Below are positions 17,101 through 20,000 of a stretch of DNA of 20,000 nt, one piece after another; position 1 is the first letter of the stretch; every line of letters begins with the position of its first letter. The notes under the pieces are model-generated. The model saw nothing but the letters and a program-made list of their open reading frames with translations. It had not been told where the DNA came from and ran no database searches. The position numbers were made by a program, and so were the translations under genes. Origin of the DNA: an uncultured virus (IMG/VR IMGVR_UViG_3300009074_000003) (Duplodnaviria; Heunggongvirae; Uroviricota; Caudoviricetes); IMG/VR virus record IMGVR_UViG_3300009074_000003. The stretch is one strand, 5' to 3'.

Positions 17101-20000
17101 GCAACTTCAGGTTCAACAGGTACTTCAGGTACATCAGGTTCAAATGGGGTAGCAGGTGAAAGTGGCTTAAGTGCAACTTCAGGAACTTCAGGAACTTCAG
17201 GAGCAGATGGAACTTCAGGTACAAGTGGCGAAAGTGGCGAAAGTGGCTCATCAGGTACTAGTGGTACTTCAGGAGCAGATGGAACATCAGGAACAAGTGG
17301 TCTAAGTGCAACTTCAGGTTCATCAGGTACATCAGGTACTTCAGGAGCAGAGGGAACAAAAGGAACTTCAGGAAAAAGCGGAAAAAGCGGAACTAGTGGT
17401 TCAGCAGGTACTTCAGGTACTTCAGGTGAAACAGGAACAAATGGTACATCAGGTTTAAGTGCAACAAGCGGTTCAACAGGAACAAATGGTACAAGTGGCT
17501 CAAATGGAGTAGCAGGGGAAAGCGGTTTAAGCGCAACTTCAGGTACTTCAGGAACTTCAGGTGTAGATGGTACATCAGGTACAAGTGGTGTAAGCGGAAC
17601 TGGAGGTTCATCAGGAACTTCAGGTACTTCAGGAGCAGATGGAACAGCAGGAACATCAGGTGAAAGTAGTACAAGTGGTTCTTCAGGTACTAGTGGTACT
17701 TCAGGTGAATCAGGTACTGCAGGAACATCAGGAGAAAGTAAAACAAGTGGTTCATCAGGTACTTCAGGTACTTCAGGTGAAACTGGAACAAATGGTACAT
17801 CAGGTAAAAGTGCAACATCAGGATCAACGGGTACTAATGGTACTTCAGGTTCAAACGGAGTAGCAGGTGAAAGTGGCTTAAGTGCAACTTCAGGTACTTC
17901 AGGAACTTCAGGAGTAGATGGAACTTCAGGTACAAGTGGCATTAGTGGTACAAGTGGCTCATCAGGTACATCAGGTACATCAGGAGCAGATGGAACAAAC
18001 GGAACTTCAGGTTTAAGTGCAACTTCAGGATCAGGAGGTACTTCAGGTACTTCAGGAGCAGATGGAACAAACGGAACTTCAGGAAAAAGTGCAACTTCAG
18101 GATCATCAGGTACATCAGGTACTTCAGGTAAAACAGGAACAAACGGAACTTCAGGTAAATCAAATACTTCAGGTACATCAGGTACTTCAGGTTCCTCAGG
18201 TACTAATGGTACAAGAGGTTTATCAGGTAAATCAAATACTTCAGGTACATCAGGTACTTCAGGTTCGACAGGTACTTCAGGTACATCAGGTGAATCAGGC
18301 ACAGCAGGAACAAGCGGAGAAAGTGCAACTTCAGGTTCGACAGGTACTTCAGGTACATCAGGTTCAAATGGAGTAGCAGGTGAAAGTGGCTTAAGTGCAA
18401 CTTCAGGAACTTCAGGAACTTCAGGTGTAGATGGCACCTCAGGAACTTCAGGTGTAAGTGCAACAAGCGGTTCATCAGGTACTTCAGGTACAAGTGGTGC
18501 TGATGGTACAGCAGGAACATCAGGTGAAAGTAATTTAAGTGGTACATCAGGTACATCTGGTACATCAGGTACATCAGGTTCAAGAGGTACTTCAGGTACT
18601 TCAGGCGAAAATGGTACATCAGGTACAAGTGGTGTAAGTGCAACAAGTGGTTCAGCAGGTACATCAGGTACTTCAGGTGAAACCGGAACAAATGGTACGT
18701 CAGGTTTAAGTGGTAAAAGTGGTACTTCAGGTTCAGCAGGTACTTCAGGTACATCAGGTAAATCAGGTAAAAACGGCACAGCAGGAACAAGTGGTAAAAG
18801 TTCAACTTCAGGATCAGCAGGTACAAATGGTACTTCAGGTAAAAATGGAACAGCAGGAACAAGTGGTAAATCAGGAACTTCAGGTTCAACAGGAACAAAT
18901 GGTACATCAGGTTCAAATGGGGTAGCAGGAGAAAGTGGCCTAAGTGCAACTTCAGGAACCTCAGGAACTTCAGGTGTAGATGGTACTTCAGGTACAAGTG
19001 GTGAAAGTGGAGGAAGTGGTTCATCCGGTACTAGCGGTACTTCAGGAACAGACGGAACAAATGGAACAAAAGGTTCAAGTGGAAATAGTGCAACATCAGG
19101 TTCATCAGGTACATCAGGTACATCAGGTGAAAGTGGAACTTCAGGAACCTCAGGTTTAAGTTCAACTTCAGGAAGTTCAGGTACTTCAGGTACAAGTGGT
19201 AAATCAGGAAAAGATGGTACTGCTGGTACATCAGGTAAATCAAATACTTCAGGAAGTTCAGGTACTTCAGGTACATCAGGTACATCAGGTGAAAGTGGAA
19301 CTTCAGGAACCTCAGGTTTAAGTTCAACTTCAGGATCAAGTGGTACTTCAGGTACAAGTGGTAAAAATGGAACAGCAGGAACAAGTGGTAAATCAAATAC
19401 ATCAGGAACAACAGGTACTTCAGGTACAAGTGGTTCAAACGGAGTGGCAGGAGAAAGTGGCCTAAGTGCAACTTCAGGAACCTCAGGAACTTCAGGTGTA
19501 GATGGAACTTCAGGCACATCAGGTTTAAGTGGTACTGCAGGTTCAAGTGGTACAGCAGGTACTTCAGGTAAATCAGGAAAAGATGGCACTTCAGGTACAT
19601 CAGGCAAATCAGGTACTTCAGGATCAGCAGGTACAAATGGTACTTCAGGTAAAAGTTCAACTTCAGGTACCTCAGGTTTAAGTTCAACTTCAGGAAGTTC
19701 AGGAACTTCAGGTACTTCAGGAGCAGATGGAACAGCAGGAACCTCAGGTGAAAGTAATTTAAGTGGTACATCAGGTACATCAGGTACATCAGGTACATCA
19801 GGATCAAGGGGTACTTCAGGTACTTCCGGTAAAAATGGAACAGCAGGAACCTCAGGTTTAAGTTCAACTTCAGGATCAGCAGGTACAGCAGGTACTTCCG
19901 GTAAAAGTGGAACAGCAGGTACAAGCGGTAAATCAAATACATCAGGTACATCAGGTACTTCAGGATCATCAGGTACTAATGGTACAAGAGGTTTATCAGG
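14191..20000 (+). CDS. Giant Gly-X-Y (GTS) repeat protein, at least 1936 aa and 3'-truncated; putative fibre
   Basis: ATG at 14191 (MALDKIKKSNRLLQSKRYT...), 17 nt after the previous stop; I found no in-frame stop up to 20000. A 280-aa non-repetitive N-terminus (including FPFSGSAQITGS) precedes the repeats. Absent from the ORF track because it has no stop in the window. Confidence 0.9.
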   Translation, partial: MALDKIKKSNRLLQSKRYTMEQSTDAQEAFTRTLDINAGDVYIRENFVPLNNLPYSGSGQNQDTIESGSALTAVDIVKFHFQHQLTPSSVVNGSKTEVFFFISKSAHDPTIAVTPQIIQDGQQTNFLSPKYSDASLTFKNTEDNVPAGNGTPGYNVTVRVNGTEQDSAFYQFDYKTGVIQFVDNSVSPSTGDTVVLSAYQYVGPTLADGGVGGGNAFPFSGSAQITGSVGGVPGGFAVTGSSTFDVSGTGDDFSIISAPIQDRPELLTYNPSTGLIGYVNATSGTSGFSGSSGTAGQSGTSGTSGSSGSTGTNGTSGESGTSGTSGESATSGTSGTSGTSGTSGENGTNGTSGLSATSGSSGTSGTSGESGTAGTSGESATSGSSGTSGTSGESGTVGTSGESATSGSSGTSGTSGADGTRGTSGSSGTSGTSGTSGTSGADGTRGTSGESATSGSSGTSGTSGESGTAGTSGESATSGSSGTSGTSGADGTRGTSGESATSGSTGTSGTSGSNGVAGESGLSATSGTSGTSGADGTSGTSGLSATSGSSGTSGTSGADGTRGTSGESATSGSSGTSGTSGESGTAGTSGESSTSGSSGTSGTSGADGTSGTSGKSATSGSTGTNGTSGSNGVAGESGLSATSGTSGTSGADGTSGISGVSGTAGSSGTSGTSGADGTRGTSGESATSGSSGTSGTSGESGTAGTSGESETSGSSGTSGTSGADGTSGTSGLSATSGSTGTNGTSGSNGVAGESGLSATSGTSGTSGVDGTSGTNGKSGTSGSSGTSGTSGADGTNGTSGLSATSGSSGTSGTSGTSGESGTAGTSGESATSGSAGTSGTSGESGTNGTSGESATSGSTGTNGTSGSNGVAGESGLSATSGTSGTSGVDGTSGTSGVSGTGGSSGTSGTSGADGTNGTSGLSSTSGSTGTSGTSGESGTAGTSGESETSGSSGTSGTSGADGTSGTSGLSATSGSTGTSGTSGSNGVAGESGLSATSGTSGTSGADGTSGTSGESGESGSSGTSGTSGADGTSGTSGLSATSGSSGTSGTSGAEGTKGTSGKSGKSGTSGSAGTSGTSGETGTNGTSGLSATSGSTGTNGTSGSNGVAGESGLSATSGTSGTSGVDGTSGTSGVSGTGGSSGTSGTSGADGTAGTSGESSTSGSSGTSGTSGESGTAGTSGESKTSGSSGTSGTSGETGTNGTSGKSATSGSTGTNGTSGSNGVAGESGLSATSGTSGTSGVDGTSGTSGISGTSGSSGTSGTSGADGTNGTSGLSATSGSGGTSGTSGADGTNGTSGKSATSGSSGTSGTSGKTGTNGTSGKSNTSGTSGTSGSSGTNGTRGLSGKSNTSGTSGTSGSTGTSGTSGESGTAGTSGESATSGSTGTSGTSGSNGVAGESGLSATSGTSGTSGVDGTSGTSGVSATSGSSGTSGTSGADGTAGTSGESNLSGTSGTSGTSGTSGSRGTSGTSGENGTSGTSGVSATSGSAGTSGTSGETGTNGTSGLSGKSGTSGSAGTSGTSGKSGKNGTAGTSGKSSTSGSAGTNGTSGKNGTAGTSGKSGTSGSTGTNGTSGSNGVAGESGLSATSGTSGTSGVDGTSGTSGESGGSGSSGTSGTSGTDGTNGTKGSSGNSATSGSSGTSGTSGESGTSGTSGLSSTSGSSGTSGTSGKSGKDGTAGTSGKSNTSGSSGTSGTSGTSGESGTSGTSGLSSTSGSSGTSGTSGKNGTAGTSGKSNTSGTTGTSGTSGSNGVAGESGLSATSGTSGTSGVDGTSGTSGLSGTAGSSGTAGTSGKSGKDGTSGTSGKSGTSGSAGTNGTSGKSSTSGTSGLSSTSGSSGTSGTSGADGTAGTSGESNLSGTSGTSGTSGTSGSRGTSGTSGKNGTAGTSGLSSTSGSAGTAGTSGKSGTAGTSGKSNTSGTSGTSGSSGTNGTRGLS
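15031..20000 (+). repeat. Hierarchical coding tandem repeat: 9-nt G-T-S triplet, 72-nt unit, 351-549-nt superunit
   Basis: Non-Gly interruption (xS-A-TS) mostly every 72 nt; marker NGVAGESGLSAT at 15730, 16081, 16432, 16792, 17143, 17503, 17854, 18367, 18916 and 19438. Confidence 0.95.

Noticed and set aside
14709..19607. 1632-aa minus-strand PEV/PDV-repeat ORF
   Set aside because: Antisense shadow of the GTS codons (reverse complement of tca ggt act read as cct gaa gta). All genes here are on the plus strand, and the plus frame has a proper start and a non-repetitive N-terminal domain.
15029..19969. Many short Q/V/L/E-rich (+) and L/Y/H/K-rich (-) ORFs
   Set aside because: Alternative-frame readings of the 9-nt periodic repeat.
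15031..20000. CRISPR array or non-coding satellite
   Set aside because: No unique spacers; variation is codon-structured and all unit lengths are multiples of 9 nt within one open frame.
15031..20000. Ice-nucleation protein (InaZ-like) assignment
   Set aside because: Lacks the AGYGSTxT octapeptide and 8/16/48-residue periodicity; the period here is 3/24/117.

Overview
AT-rich, entirely plus-strand segment of a large tailed dsDNA phage with T4-like (gp21/22/23/13/14/15-type) structural genes. The mostly Shine-Dalgarno-less, A-rich start regions suggest a Bacteroidota host (inference). Gene order: partial ORF, putative internal head protein, prohead protease, acidic scaffold, major capsid protein, terminator, a coupled two-gene metabolic pair (pentein/guanidino-modifying enzyme with a dihydrolase-type Asn, and a soluble phosphatidylserine-decarboxylase-fold pyruvoyl enzyme with an acidic patch), PhoH, terminator, a repeat-expanded structural protein, neck/head-completion genes, an 846-aa structural protein, and a giant ORF (14191 to beyond 20000, missing from the ORF track) made of at least 1650 aa of Pro-free Gly-X-Y (GTS) repeats with a 9/72/351-nt hierarchy. 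The two best candidates for an undescribed system are the pentein + PSD-like pair (possible two-step arginine-to-putrescine route expressed with head genes) and the hierarchical GTS fibre. All family assignments come from motif recognition by eye; no searches were run.
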